64,000 bases of DNA, taken from a candidate division WOR-3 bacterium (GTDB lineage: Bacteria > Hydrothermota > Hydrothermia > LBFQ01). The DNA lies in contig JBDRWW010000001.1 of the NCBI GenBank assembly GCA_039802605.1, positions 256,001 to 320,000 of the forward strand, written 5' to 3'. The stretch's first letter is position 1. Each line of letters opens with the position of its first letter. The notes below the pieces were generated by a model. It was not told the DNA's origin. It saw nothing but the letters and a program-made list of their open reading frames with translations, and ran no database searches. This document shows, in pieces, positions 27,961-37,932 of this stretch. The translations under genes were made by a program, and so were the position numbers.

Positions 27961-28693
27961 CGATTTCACAAACCTCGCTTGCAATTTTTCTTAATATTTC
28001 CTTATCCCTTTCATCAAGGTTTGCCTTTTTGAGTAAATCCGGTCTAAAAAGCAATGTTCTCTTTAAGGCCTGTTCCCTCCTCCACAGCGCTATGGCTTTG
28101 TGATTTCCGCTTAAAAGTATATCCGGAACCTTCTTCCCTTCAAAATCATAAGGTCGGGTATAAACGGGACTTTCCAATAGGTTATCGTAAAAAGAATCCG
28201 TTTCAGCCGAACCCTTATGCGTTAATACTCCTTCCAAAAGTCTAACAACGGCATCCAATATCACCAAGGACGCCAATTCCCCCGATGAAACTATAAAATC
28301 CCCAATGGATATTTCAATATCAATGTAATCGTATATCCTGCTATCAATCCCCTTATAGTGTCCTCCAACCAGTATAATTTCTGGCAACTTGGCGATTTCT
28401 TTAATGTCCTCCTGATTTATCCTTTTGCCCGAAGAAGACAGTAAAAATACCGGTGCATTTTTTAACCAATCTTTCGCATCTTCTATCGCCTTTACTATGT
28501 AATTTACCTTTAATACCATTCCCTCACCGCCACCGTATTGATAATCCTCAACATCCTTAGGGCCCTCGGCGTAATCTATTGGAGAATAAAATTTTATTTC
28601 CAAAATACCTTTTTCTATTGCCTTCATTAAAGGTGCATACTTTAAAGGGCTTTTAAAGTATTCCGGAAAAAGACATATTATTCCCACCTTCAC
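27947..28693 (-). CDS. trmD: tRNA (guanine37-N1)-methyltransferase
   Basis: FPEYF, YGGGEGM, GHYKGID, SIGDF..SGE, YTRP and VPDILLSGNH motifs. Confidence 0.95.
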   Translation of the reverse strand: MKVGIICLFPEYFKSPLKYAPLMKAIEKGILEIKFYSPIDYAEGPKDVEDYQYGGGEGMVLKVNYIVKAIEDAKDWLKNAPVFLLSSSGKRINQEDIKEIAKLPEIILVGGHYKGIDSRIYDYIDIEISIGDFIVSSGELASLVILDAVVRLLEGVLTHKGSAETDSFYDNLLESPVYTRPYDFEGKKVPDILLSGNHKAIALWRREQALKRTLLFRPDLLKKANLDERDKEILRKIASEVCEIVKVL

Positions 28694-29776
28694 CCCTTTA
28701 CCTTTTGTTGAACGAGATAAGCCTTTATAAATTCATCCAAATCCCCTTCCAAGACACTTTCGGCGTTTCCGGTTTCGTATCCCGTTCTATGGTCTTTAAC
28801 GAGTTTATAAGGATGTAGAATATAAGACCTTATCTGGTGCCCCCATTCTATTGAGGATTTTGGACCCATAAGTTTTTCAAGTTCCTCTTCTTGCTGTCTC
28901 TTATAATACTCGTAAAGCCTTGCTCTCAAAATTTTTAAAGCATTTTCCTTGTTTTGGTGTTGAGACCTTTCGCTTTGCATTACCACGGTTATACCGGTTG
29001 GTATATGTCTAACCCTAACGGCAGTTTCATTCTTTTGCATATGCTGACCACCTGGACCTCCGGATCTAAAAGTTTCTATTTCTATTTCATCTTCCTTTAT
29101 CTCAACTTCTACCTCGGGCATTTCCGGATATACCGTAACCGCAGCGAAAGATGTATGCCTCCTCTTATTGGCATCAAAGGGTGAAATCCTTACAAGTCTA
29201 TGAACACCCTTTTCCCCCTTTAAATAACCATAAGCGTAAGGACCCTTTATATGTATGGTTGCGGATTTTATCCCAGCAACATCCCCCTTTTGATAATCCA
29301 ATATTTCAACTTTAAAGCCTTTTCTTTCAGCCCATCTGATATACATTTTCAAAAGCATTTCCGCCCAATCTTGGCTTTCGGTTCCACCCGCTCCTGGATG
29401 GATTTCCAAAAAGGCGTTTTGAACATCTTCCTTTTGTGTAAATAGGGTTCTTATCTGAAAATCCAATACATCCCTTTTTAACCTTTTAACCTCTTCTTCC
29501 AATTCCTTCAACATATCCGGATCACTTTCCGCCATTTCATAAACTTCCCTTACATAACCTATCCTATCCACCAAGTCCTTATAATCCTCCAAGAGTTTTT
29601 TCAGAGCCCCCAATTCCTTCATTTTCTCGGATGCCCTACCAGGATCGCTCCAAAATTCCGATCTTCCACTTTCTTCTTCCAAAGTCTTTATCTTCTCTTC
29701 AATTTCTTCTATGTTAAAGATACCCCCTTATGGTTTCAATTTCCTCAATCAATTCCTCAATTTCGGAAAACATCAT
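28690..29776 (-). CDS. prfB: Peptide chain release factor 2, expressed via +1 programmed frameshift
   Basis: SPF and GGQ motifs; upstream frame MMFSEIEELIEEIETIRGYL* joins the long ORF by a +1 shift at CTT TAA C. Confidence 0.93.
29713..29728 (-). other. prfB +1 frameshift signal AGGGGG-TAT-CTT-TAA-C
   Basis: Internal SD 3 nt before the CTT slippery codon; the stop is TAA instead of the usual TGA. Confidence 0.9.
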
Positions 29777-29802
29777 AAGTGGGAATTATAAAACCGTTTG
29801 AT

Positions 29803-30936
29803 TCACCATTCCCAACGCGTTTGCCTGTTTATATCGAGGGAAGGCACGGAGGAAGGTCTTGAAAACCTCGTCTCCTCTGGGTCGTTTGTCTTTATTAAGA
29901 CATACTCGCCGGTACCCACGGGATCGCCGAATATATAGTCGTATCCCCCTCCGGAATAGTATATCCATCTAATATAAGGTTTATCACTAATGCCCATATC
30001 AACGGATGTTATCTCATCGGGTTTTCCCCTCTTTATATATATCCTACCCATATCGGTATATCTACCCCTTAAAGCGGGCGTTGAAAAGGCGCTATCGGCG
30101 TATTTAACCCTTTTCCTGAACTCCAAGTAATAATCCCATCCCCTTTTTTCCCAGAAATTCTTCAAAAACGCCAATCTACCCTCTAAGGTTATAATCTTCT
30201 CAAATTCCTCCTTCTCTTTTGGTGATGCTATGTAATCTATAAATGAGGCTATATCATCCCCATAAGGCGAAACGAAAAACTCCCGCTCTAAATTGATCTT
30301 TTCTCCAAGAGAAGGGGAGATTACCTCTAAAACCAAACGGTATTTTCCATCTTTTAAATCCTCTATCGGAACCTGGGAATATACCGTTGATGAGGAGTTA
30401 AATGTTTTGGGAGGAAGTCTCAATACGGGCTTATCCCCATCAAATATAGCACCCACAACTATAAAGGGGCTATCGGATACCACCTCCAAGTAATAATTCA
30501 AATTCCTATAAAAAACGCAGGGAAAACATGGCCTTATATATAGGTTTCCCCTTTTGAATAGGGCGGTTGAATCGTTTTCCGATATGTTGTATGCGAGGAT
30601 TAAGGAGGAGGTTTTAATATTTCCAAATCCTTGGATAGAATCCTCCTTTTTAAAATCCATACCCTTACCCTTCAAATTGCCCTCAAACACCAAATTCTCC
30701 CAACCCGCTACGCTTTCATAAAACAAAATTGCATACCTACCCTTTGGCAATTTCTGTTTAACCTTATCCGTAAATTCCTTTTTATCCGAAGACTTAAAGG
30801 ATACGCTTAAATTTACATCACCGCCGAGGACTTTATCGGACATCAAACTATAAACCAAGATTATATTTCTGAGATTATCGTTTATAGGAAACCAAACCTT
30901 ATAAACTTCAACATTTACAGCCGCCACCAAAAGCAT
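29803..30936 (-). CDS. GWxTD-domain protein
   Basis: FLKNFWEKR...RVKYAD...GRYTDMGRIYIKRGKPD; start moved to ATG 30936 (TAAAAT 7 nt upstream). Confidence 0.8.
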   Translation of the reverse strand: MLLVAAVNVEVYKVWFPINDNLRNIILVYSLMSDKVLGGDVNLSVSFKSSDKKEFTDKVKQKLPKGRYAILFYESVAGWENLVFEGNLKGKGMDFKKEDSIQGFGNIKTSSLILAYNISENDSTALFKRGNLYIRPCFPCVFYRNLNYYLEVVSDSPFIVVGAIFDGDKPVLRLPPKTFNSSSTVYSQVPIEDLKDGKYRLVLEVISPSLGEKINLEREFFVSPYGDDIASFIDYIASPKEKEEFEKIITLEGRLAFLKNFWEKRGWDYYLEFRKRVKYADSAFSTPALRGRYTDMGRIYIKRGKPDEITSVDMGISDKPYIRWIYYSGGGYDYIFGDPVGTGEYVLIKTNDPEETRFSRPSSVPSLDINRQTRWEW

Positions 30937-31001
30937 AATGGATATTTTAAAGGTGAAATGCATATTCCAACTTTCCCCATCATCATTAAAATAGACGGTT
31001 T

Positions 31002-33191
31002 ATGTTGTTTTTGATTTTAAACCACATAACCCTTGAAGGTGAGATAAGGGATAGTTTAAATCAAAAAATCCCTTTTGCGGTTATAAGGGTTAAGGAGTTG
31101 AAAAAGGGAACCTATTCGGACGAAAGGGGTTATTTTTACTTAAAACTCCCGGATGGCAAATGGACAATAGAGGTAAAGGCCATTGGTAAAAAAACATATA
31201 CCTTTGTGGTAGAGGGAAGGGATACCGTAATAAGCAAAACCATAACTTTAAAGGATGAGCCTTTAACAACACCCGAAATAATAATTACGGCTAAGAGGGA
31301 AGAGTTTAAGCAGGGTACGGGTCAAGCCATAAGGTTCAAGGCAGAGGTTATAAGGCAAACCCCTACATTTATTACGGCGGATGTTTTAAGGACAATCCAA
31401 GATTTTCCAGGGGTTCTGGGTTTAGCGGATTTTTCTGGGAAATTTTCCGTTAGAAGTGGTGGTCCAAACGAAAACGCCGTTTTATTGGACAACGCAACCG
31501 TTTTCAATCCCTATCACTTGGGTGGATTCTTTTCTGTATTTGATTCGGATGCCCTTGAAAGCTTCACATTTTACAGGTCAAACTTCCCTCCAAAATTTGG
31601 AGGTGTTATGTCTTCCGTTTTGGATATGAAAACCTTGGAACCGGACAGCATTTACGGGAACCTTTCGGTAAGCCTCCTTGCGACAAAGGTATTTCAAACA
31701 TTTAAAGGCGAAAGGTTTGGAGGCTTGGTATCCCTTAGGAGGTCCTACTTCGACGCAACGCTTAAGCTCTTCGATTACGATTTTCCATATTACTTTTACG
31801 ACGCCTTGGGCAAGGTGTATTACAACTTAAACGATAAATGGACGGTTTCCACCACATTTATGCACGGAAGGGATCACTTCAACTTTACCATTAACAGGGC
31901 TTTTTTGAATACCTTCTGGGGGAACGATTTGGTAGCATTTAATTCTAGGGTTATTTTCGGCAATTGGATAAACTTCACCACTTTCAGCAGTACATACTTT
32001 ACAAACGGCATATCCGTTGGGTATGAAAATCAAAACTTTGTTTCCATAAAAACACCTATGGATTTAACAGAGTTTAAAACGAACTTTATAAGTATAGCCG
32101 AAGGTAGCGAGATAAACATGGGGTTGGATGTTCAAAGGGGTAGGGGGAAATTTGATCAGGAATTTTTTGGTTCCAATCTCCAATTCTCGGGTATTGGTTA
32201 TACATCGGCCTTTTTCGGTGAGTATATGTTGAAAAGGGGTTTGTACAACTTATCCCTTGGATTTCGCATAAACGCGTTTTTAAGGAAACTCATAAACGAT
32301 CCAAAAAGGGATGTAATGTATTTAAACCCGGAGCCAAGAATAACCTTTAAGCTATTTTTAACCCCGGATGTAGCATTAAAGGGTGGATTTGGTGTTTTCC
32401 ATCAGTATTATGTGGGTTTATCCGGAGGTGGTGGAACACTTGGTGAAGTCCTATCATCTTTTTACTACTGGGTTCCGGTTTATAGGGGGTTTGAGCCGGA
32501 AAGGTCATACCATTATTCCTTGGGCTTATCCGGAATAACCACTTGGGGGGATTGGGAAATAGAAGGGTTCTATAAAGACTACCCATACATACTAATTGAC
32601 AACCCAAATGTTGATCCAAACGACATTTTCGGAACACTGTTCAGAAAGGGATACGGCTGGGCTTACGGGTTTGACGGTTATATTAGAAAGGACATGGGAA
32701 GGCTTAGGGGTATGGTATCTTACTCCTTTTTGGTCGGCAGGGTAAAAATTTCGGATTCCCTTATGAATTCCCCGTATGATAGGAGGAACGCGGTGATAAT
32801 CGCCCTATCTTATGATATCCGTAGGGGTTTTGAGGGAGGTTTTAGGTTTGCCTATCAGAGTGGTCTTCCTTACACGGGTGTTATCGGTAGGTATGATATA
32901 TACACCATTTACAACCCGGGAACGGGACTACCCGCGAGGCTGAGAACCGAGGAGATTTATAGTTATCCCTATTCCTTACGGTATCCCCCATATCACAGGG
33001 CGGATGTTTATATATCAAAGGCCTTTGGCATTAAGCGGTTTAAAGGGAAATTATTCCTATCGGTTATAAACATTTACAATCGGGAAAATGTATTCACATA
33101 CTTTTACGACTACTCCAAGGATCCACCTCAGAAAATAACAATTCCCCAACTCCCTTTATTCCCATCCTTAGAGATTTTCCTAAACTGGTAA
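31002..33191 (+). CDS. TonB-dependent receptor
   Basis: N-terminal carboxypeptidase-regulatory-like domain; plug DVLRTIQDFPGV..VRSG..NAVLLD..NPYHLGGFFS; barrel with EPR and YHRAD; C-terminal W. Confidence 0.9.
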   Translation: MLFLILNHITLEGEIRDSLNQKIPFAVIRVKELKKGTYSDERGYFYLKLPDGKWTIEVKAIGKKTYTFVVEGRDTVISKTITLKDEPLTTPEIIITAKREEFKQGTGQAIRFKAEVIRQTPTFITADVLRTIQDFPGVLGLADFSGKFSVRSGGPNENAVLLDNATVFNPYHLGGFFSVFDSDALESFTFYRSNFPPKFGGVMSSVLDMKTLEPDSIYGNLSVSLLATKVFQTFKGERFGGLVSLRRSYFDATLKLFDYDFPYYFYDALGKVYYNLNDKWTVSTTFMHGRDHFNFTINRAFLNTFWGNDLVAFNSRVIFGNWINFTTFSSTYFTNGISVGYENQNFVSIKTPMDLTEFKTNFISIAEGSEINMGLDVQRGRGKFDQEFFGSNLQFSGIGYTSAFFGEYMLKRGLYNLSLGFRINAFLRKLINDPKRDVMYLNPEPRITFKLFLTPDVALKGGFGVFHQYYVGLSGGGGTLGEVLSSFYYWVPVYRGFEPERSYHYSLGLSGITTWGDWEIEGFYKDYPYILIDNPNVDPNDIFGTLFRKGYGWAYGFDGYIRKDMGRLRGMVSYSFLVGRVKISDSLMNSPYDRRNAVIIALSYDIRRGFEGGFRFAYQSGLPYTGVIGRYDIYTIYNPGTGLPARLRTEEIYSYPYSLRYPPYHRADVYISKAFGIKRFKGKLFLSVINIYNRENVFTYFYDYSKDPPQKITIPQLPLFPSLEIFLNW

Positions 33192-33202
33192 GGGATCCTT
33201 TT

Positions 33203-34093
33203 CTATTGTGCTCCTCGCATTAAAACCCCAAGGGCTTTTTTAAGCCTATTTTTTGCGTTTTGAATTGAAAAGTATTCAAGGTTTGCATTTGGGGGTTTAA
33301 TTCCGCCCTTTATGTATTCCGCCATCTCCTCTAAGGAATCAAAGCCGTAATCGTATAAACCCAACATTTGGAGTATCTCCCACACACCACCGGATGTTTT
33401 GAATGTTATAACGGGTGTATTGTAATAAAGGGCTTCAAGGGCCGTTAGGGAAAAGGATTCGTAATATGAGGATACTATTAAGGCGTATGCCCTTTCGTAA
33501 AATTGTGATAAATCTTCAACATACCCGAAGAACTTTACATTTTTTTTATCTTTACCTTCCAAGCCTATAACCCAACCCTCATATCCGGTAATATCAACGA
33601 GCTTTAAAAACCTATCAAAACCCTTTATCCAAGCATTTCTACCCACCCATAATAACGCCCTTTCCCTATTTAAACCCTTGGGATTTGGGAGTTTGTTAAA
33701 ATCCAAACCTATATGAACCACATAAGGATTTATCCCATAAAACTTATTACACATCTCCGCCATTGAAAAACTCGGGGCAAGCCAACCGTCAAACTTTTTT
33801 ACCCATTTTTTAAACTTTAAGAGTTTATAAAGATTTAAAGGGTTTTTCTCAAAACCTCCAAAAACCATTCTCCTTGATAGCGCCCTCAAGCCGTGAAAGA
33901 AGAAAAACTTGGGAACACTAATACTTTCAGGGTTTAAGTTTTTAAAGTATCCGTTTATAACAACCGCTTCATAACCGCTTATCTCCGGAAACCCGCCTTT
34001 CTCCACTTCCCAAATTTCAAAATTTTCACCTTCAATTTCGCTTAAAAATTTACCGACACCCCCTCCCTTTTTTCCTAAGATGAATAATACCAA
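33203..34093 (-). CDS. GT4 family glycosyltransferase
   Basis: VGR...KG and SYYESFSLTALEA (Ex7E) motifs. Confidence 0.8.
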   Translation of the reverse strand: MVLFILGKKGGGVGKFLSEIEGENFEIWEVEKGGFPEISGYEAVVINGYFKNLNPESISVPKFFFFHGLRALSRRMVFGGFEKNPLNLYKLLKFKKWVKKFDGWLAPSFSMAEMCNKFYGINPYVVHIGLDFNKLPNPKGLNRERALLWVGRNAWIKGFDRFLKLVDITGYEGWVIGLEGKDKKNVKFFGYVEDLSQFYERAYALIVSSYYESFSLTALEALYYNTPVITFKTSGGVWEILQMLGLYDYGFDSLEEMAEYIKGGIKPPNANLEYFSIQNAKNRLKKALGVLMRGAQ

Positions 34094-36244
34094 TTATCTG
34101 ATCACAACCCTATAAACCCTATTTCCGGTCTTGATAAAGAATACACCTCTGTTTAGTTCAACCCTTTCACCCTTGCCAAACTTGCCTATGAGCCTTCCCG
34201 TTGATGTGTATATATTAGCATTTTCGTATAGGATTATATCCTTACCCTTTAAGACGAAGGGAGTTAAGGAAGTCCCCCTTGAAACCATATCTTCGCCAAC
34301 ACCCAAGGGATCGTTATTTCCACAGGGGCCGCCGTCTATGGCTACGAGACTATAAGGCTGGCCACCCGGCTTGGGATTGTTTAATGTTATACCCTTGACA
34401 TTTACCGTCCAATACCCCCTTTGTGCGTTTTCAACATACACGACTTCAACATTATTTACATAATCGGTGGGACCAGACGGATTTGGTATTGATTGACCGC
34501 CTGAAAACTTATTCCCTTTATACACCGTTCCATCCGGGGCTATAACTTCAAGGTCAAGGTTGTTTTGTAATGTGCTTCCGGGTGCGTCCGTCCAAGCCAA
34601 AACCACTTTGAAATATGGAGTTGTAAATTGGGAATGGCAACCCACGGGTATGTTATATGTCTCAGTTGCACCGGCCTGGACCCCAATACTATCATCAACC
34701 ACAAAGAGCCTATGCTTTTCGGCAACATCGTCAAAAAACAATACCCTCTTTAAGTTTATCCTTCCCCAACCTATTGCGTTATTGGGTGGGAGGTTTTCAT
34801 TTAACATTTTTTGTGCCGATGCTATAAGCATGGCCTTTAATAGGGAACCTTGTGGGTTGAAAGCGTTTGAGGAAACGGGACTACCCGTTGGATACCAGCC
34901 CTCGCGGAAATATTGCCTTACGATCGCGGCCGCACCCGCCGCCGCGGGTGTTGCCATAGATGTACCCATAAACCCAGAACTAACGGCGGCGCAGGAATAT
35001 GTCCTATCGGTTCTGTTCTTTGCGGATGTTATATAACTTGGGGTAAATCTGTTATCACCTCCGGGTGTCATAACATCGGGCTTTATTCTACCGTCATATG
35101 TGGGGCCTTGGCTGGAATACCAAGCCCTGTTCTCATCCGGGGGGATTGCCGCATTTGAAAATGCCCCGGCCGCGCCTACGGTTAAAATATTTTTTGCGGT
35201 TGCCGGTGCTCCCACCGTACCATCCTCATAAGAGGAGGCGCTGCTGCTATTTCCAGCGGCGAACAACACCAAAGCATCCGGGTGATCCCACATAAACTGG
35301 TCGGCATCACGGGCGTTTGATGTGTAAGCGTTTAAAGAACTTCCCCAAGAGTTCGTTATAACCCTCGCCCCATCGTTGTAAAACCAAGTAAAAATCGTGT
35401 TTATTGAATACGAATAGCATATGCCTCCACAACTGCCACAACTTGGGCCCCCGGCATCTCCGAATGTAATTTTAGCCTTATAGGCCATACCCCTAATATC
35501 CAAAAATACGCCCGTGGTATCCGGATCGCCGGCTGCCGTCCCAGAAACATGGGTTCCGTGCTCATCCGGACAGGTGGCAAAATCATCGGCATAAGGTGAT
35601 AATTGCCTATAATTAACCACCTTTCTGTGGGATGGGCCGGGCATTATGACGGATGTATCCCTGAAAAAGCAAGAGTAGTAATCAAGACCCGTGTCCATCA
35701 CACCTATTATTTCCCCCTCTCCGTGCAATCCGTGGGCCCAAATCAAGGAATCTCCGAATACATGTGTTTGGATAGACCACCTCGTATTCCTATTCCACAA
35801 ATAATTTTTATAATTGGGTTCTATCCTCGCAACATAAGGCAAAGATGCCATCTTTTGGGAAAAGTATAAAACCTCCTCTTCCGGAACCAAAACCTTAAAC
35901 CTTGGAACATCTTCAAATGGTACCGCTTCGTATCCCAATTTCTTTATTTCAAGTTCCAAAATCCTTTTATCCGCATTCGGAAAACCCACTACCAAGAGTT
36001 CCACGAGGGAACCTTCCTTTGCATCCCCAAACTTACCTTCATATATCTCTTTTGCTATTTTTAGCTCCTCTGGAATTCCCGTTATTTGAAAGTTGGGGAG
36101 TTTAACACCGTTAGGGATATAGGCAATATAGCCGTATTGCGGAATGTATTCGTATATTTTCACACCCCTGTTTGCAAGACCCAATGCATCCGCATTTTCA
36201 CCAACGGGCTTAACAATCGCCCAATACGATAAAACCATTAACAT
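34094..36244 (-). CDS. S8 subtilase (KP-43-like) with T9SS-like C-terminal domain
   Basis: DTG, HGTHVSG and GTSMATP triad; LLKAMLI, LAWTD, NNLDL, NNVE; start ATG 36244 or TTG 36247. Confidence 0.9.
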   Translation of the reverse strand: MLMVLSYWAIVKPVGENADALGLANRGVKIYEYIPQYGYIAYIPNGVKLPNFQITGIPEELKIAKEIYEGKFGDAKEGSLVELLVVGFPNADKRILELEIKKLGYEAVPFEDVPRFKVLVPEEEVLYFSQKMASLPYVARIEPNYKNYLWNRNTRWSIQTHVFGDSLIWAHGLHGEGEIIGVMDTGLDYYSCFFRDTSVIMPGPSHRKVVNYRQLSPYADDFATCPDEHGTHVSGTAAGDPDTTGVFLDIRGMAYKAKITFGDAGGPSCGSCGGICYSYSINTIFTWFYNDGARVITNSWGSSLNAYTSNARDADQFMWDHPDALVLFAAGNSSSASSYEDGTVGAPATAKNILTVGAAGAFSNAAIPPDENRAWYSSQGPTYDGRIKPDVMTPGGDNRFTPSYITSAKNRTDRTYSCAAVSSGFMGTSMATPAAAGAAAIVRQYFREGWYPTGSPVSSNAFNPQGSLLKAMLIASAQKMLNENLPPNNAIGWGRINLKRVLFFDDVAEKHRLFVVDDSIGVQAGATETYNIPVGCHSQFTTPYFKVVLAWTDAPGSTLQNNLDLEVIAPDGTVYKGNKFSGGQSIPNPSGPTDYVNNVEVVYVENAQRGYWTVNVKGITLNNPKPGGQPYSLVAIDGGPCGNNDPLGVGEDMVSRGTSLTPFVLKGKDIILYENANIYTSTGRLIGKFGKGERVELNRGVFFIKTGNRVYRVVIR

Positions 36245-36248
36245 CAAC

Positions 36249-36266
36249 GGGTATTATATCCCCGTT
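36249..36266 (-). promoter_or_regulatory. Putative -10 promoter/operator AACGGGGATATAATACCC
   Basis: TATAAT 8 nt before ATG; nested in inverted repeat CAACGGG/CCCGTTG (36245-36267); matches 6222-6239. Confidence 0.5.
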
Positions 36267-36304
36267 GGGTTTATTTGTGGGAAATACTGGGGGTGGAGGG
36301 GTTT

Positions 36305-37294
36305 CTACCCATGCTGACCGATTAGAGTATCAACTATCCTTTTTTCGGCATAAGGTTCAAAGTATTGGGAGAGCTTGGATATATATCTTTCGGAATTTTT
36401 GAGCAATTTTTCAAGGATTTCAACCACTTTGGCAATATTTGTATCCCTTTCCAAAAGCATCTCCGCGGCACCAAAATTATATACATCCATTGCATTAAAT
36501 ACCTGATGACCCCCTGCATAAGAATATGGGATAAACAAAGCGGGTTTTTTAAAATAGCATATTTCACCTATGGAACTCACACCCGCACGGGATATTATGA
36601 CATCCGCCGCCGAGTAAAATGGGGATATGTCCTTTAAAAACTTTACAAATTTGTAATTCTTACCTTCGGCGTCTTCACCCCTTTTCCCCACTATCCCCAA
36701 AATGAAAAACTTATTTAAATCGGCCAAGTTTTTTGCAATTTCGTTTAGGATTTTTGAACCCTGACTACCACCTATTATTCCGACTACCGGCAACTTTGTA
36801 TCAATTCCCAAAACTTTATGGGCATGTTCCCTTTCATAAACCTCCAACTTCCTAACGGGTATTCCAACAAAGATACCCTTTGAAAAGTATTTAACCGCGC
36901 TCCTGAAAGCGCAAAAAACACCCCTTGAAAACACCGATAATACTTTATTGGATTTTCCAGCAACGGCATCCCCTTCGAAGAGGTAATAGGGTTTATTGTT
37001 GATTATGGCGTTTATCATAGGAGGTAATTGCGGATAACCCCCAAAACCCAACAAAACATCTCCCTCCACGACGGGATCAAAGGTTTGAAAAATCCCTTTT
37101 AAAATTGCGTTTAAATTCCTTAATTTTATTTCACCTGCGGAGAATTCCAAAAAACTCTCCTTTATGGGGAAATCAACCTTTAAACCCCCAAGAAGTAAAA
37201 CCTTAGATATTTTTCTCCTGTCCAATTCGGCCGATACGGATAGTGCGGGGGATATATGCCCTCCGGTGCCGCCGGAAACCAAAACGACCTTCAT
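36305..37294 (-). CDS. murG: MurG N-acetylglucosaminyl transferase
   Basis: GGTGGH, GFGGY, GIPVR, GGSQGS, ISRAG and HQVFNA motifs. Confidence 0.92.
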   Translation of the reverse strand: MKVVLVSGGTGGHISPALSVSAELDRRKISKVLLLGGLKVDFPIKESFLEFSAGEIKLRNLNAILKGIFQTFDPVVEGDVLLGFGGYPQLPPMINAIINNKPYYLFEGDAVAGKSNKVLSVFSRGVFCAFRSAVKYFSKGIFVGIPVRKLEVYEREHAHKVLGIDTKLPVVGIIGGSQGSKILNEIAKNLADLNKFFILGIVGKRGEDAEGKNYKFVKFLKDISPFYSAADVIISRAGVSSIGEICYFKKPALFIPYSYAGGHQVFNAMDVYNFGAAEMLLERDTNIAKVVEILEKLLKNSERYISKLSQYFEPYAEKRIVDTLIGQHG

Positions 37295-37929
37295 TTCTCC
37301 CCAAAAATTAAGCCCTCAACATGTTTCCAAGCCTCGTTTATCACCCCTTCAACACTCTGATTTCCGTTTATAACCTTTATCCTCTTTTTAGCCCTCCTTG
37401 CCAATGCCAAATATCCATACCTAACCCTTTCAAAGAATTCCAGGCCAAGCTTCTCGTAATAATCAAAATCTTTTGTTCTCTTTAACCTTTCCAAGGCGAT
37501 CTTTGGGTCTATGTCTATAAGGAGGGTTAGGTCGGGCTTCAACTTCATACTCGCTATTTTGTTTAAACGGGTTATCAGGTAATACTCCAACCCTTTACCA
37601 AAAACCTGGTATGCAAAGGTTGAATCCGAATACCTGTCGCTTATAACTATTTTCCCTTCCCTCAGCGCAGGTATTATTTTCCTCTTAGTGTGGTCATACC
37701 TTGAAGAAAGTAAAGCGAAAACTTCCGCCAAAGGCTCCCTCGCTATGGGTTTTGATAAGACCTTTCTTATTTCCTCCGCGAAATCCGTCCCACCCGGTTC
37801 CCTTGTTATAACTATTCTTTCGGGTTTTACCCCCCTTTGAAGTAATCTCTCCCTTAATCCCTCAATTAAAGAGCTTTTGCCGCTACCGTCAATGCCCTCA
37901 ACGGTTATAAACTTTCCCCATCTACCCAA
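37291..37929 (-). CDS. tmk: Thymidylate kinase
   Basis: EGIDGSGKS, REPGGT, DRYSDSTFAYQ and PDLT motifs. Confidence 0.95.
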   Translation of the reverse strand: MGRWGKFITVEGIDGSGKSSLIEGLRERLLQRGVKPERIVITREPGGTDFAEEIRKVLSKPIAREPLAEVFALLSSRYDHTKRKIIPALREGKIVISDRYSDSTFAYQVFGKGLEYYLITRLNKIASMKLKPDLTLLIDIDPKIALERLKRTKDFDYYEKLGLEFFERVRYGYLALARRAKKRIKVINGNQSVEGVINEAWKHVEGLIFGEK

Positions 37930-37932
37930 AGT

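Noticed and set aside
28690..29682. prfB as an N-terminally truncated gene or pseudogene
   Set aside because: Explained by the programmed +1 frameshift from the upstream frame starting at 29776.
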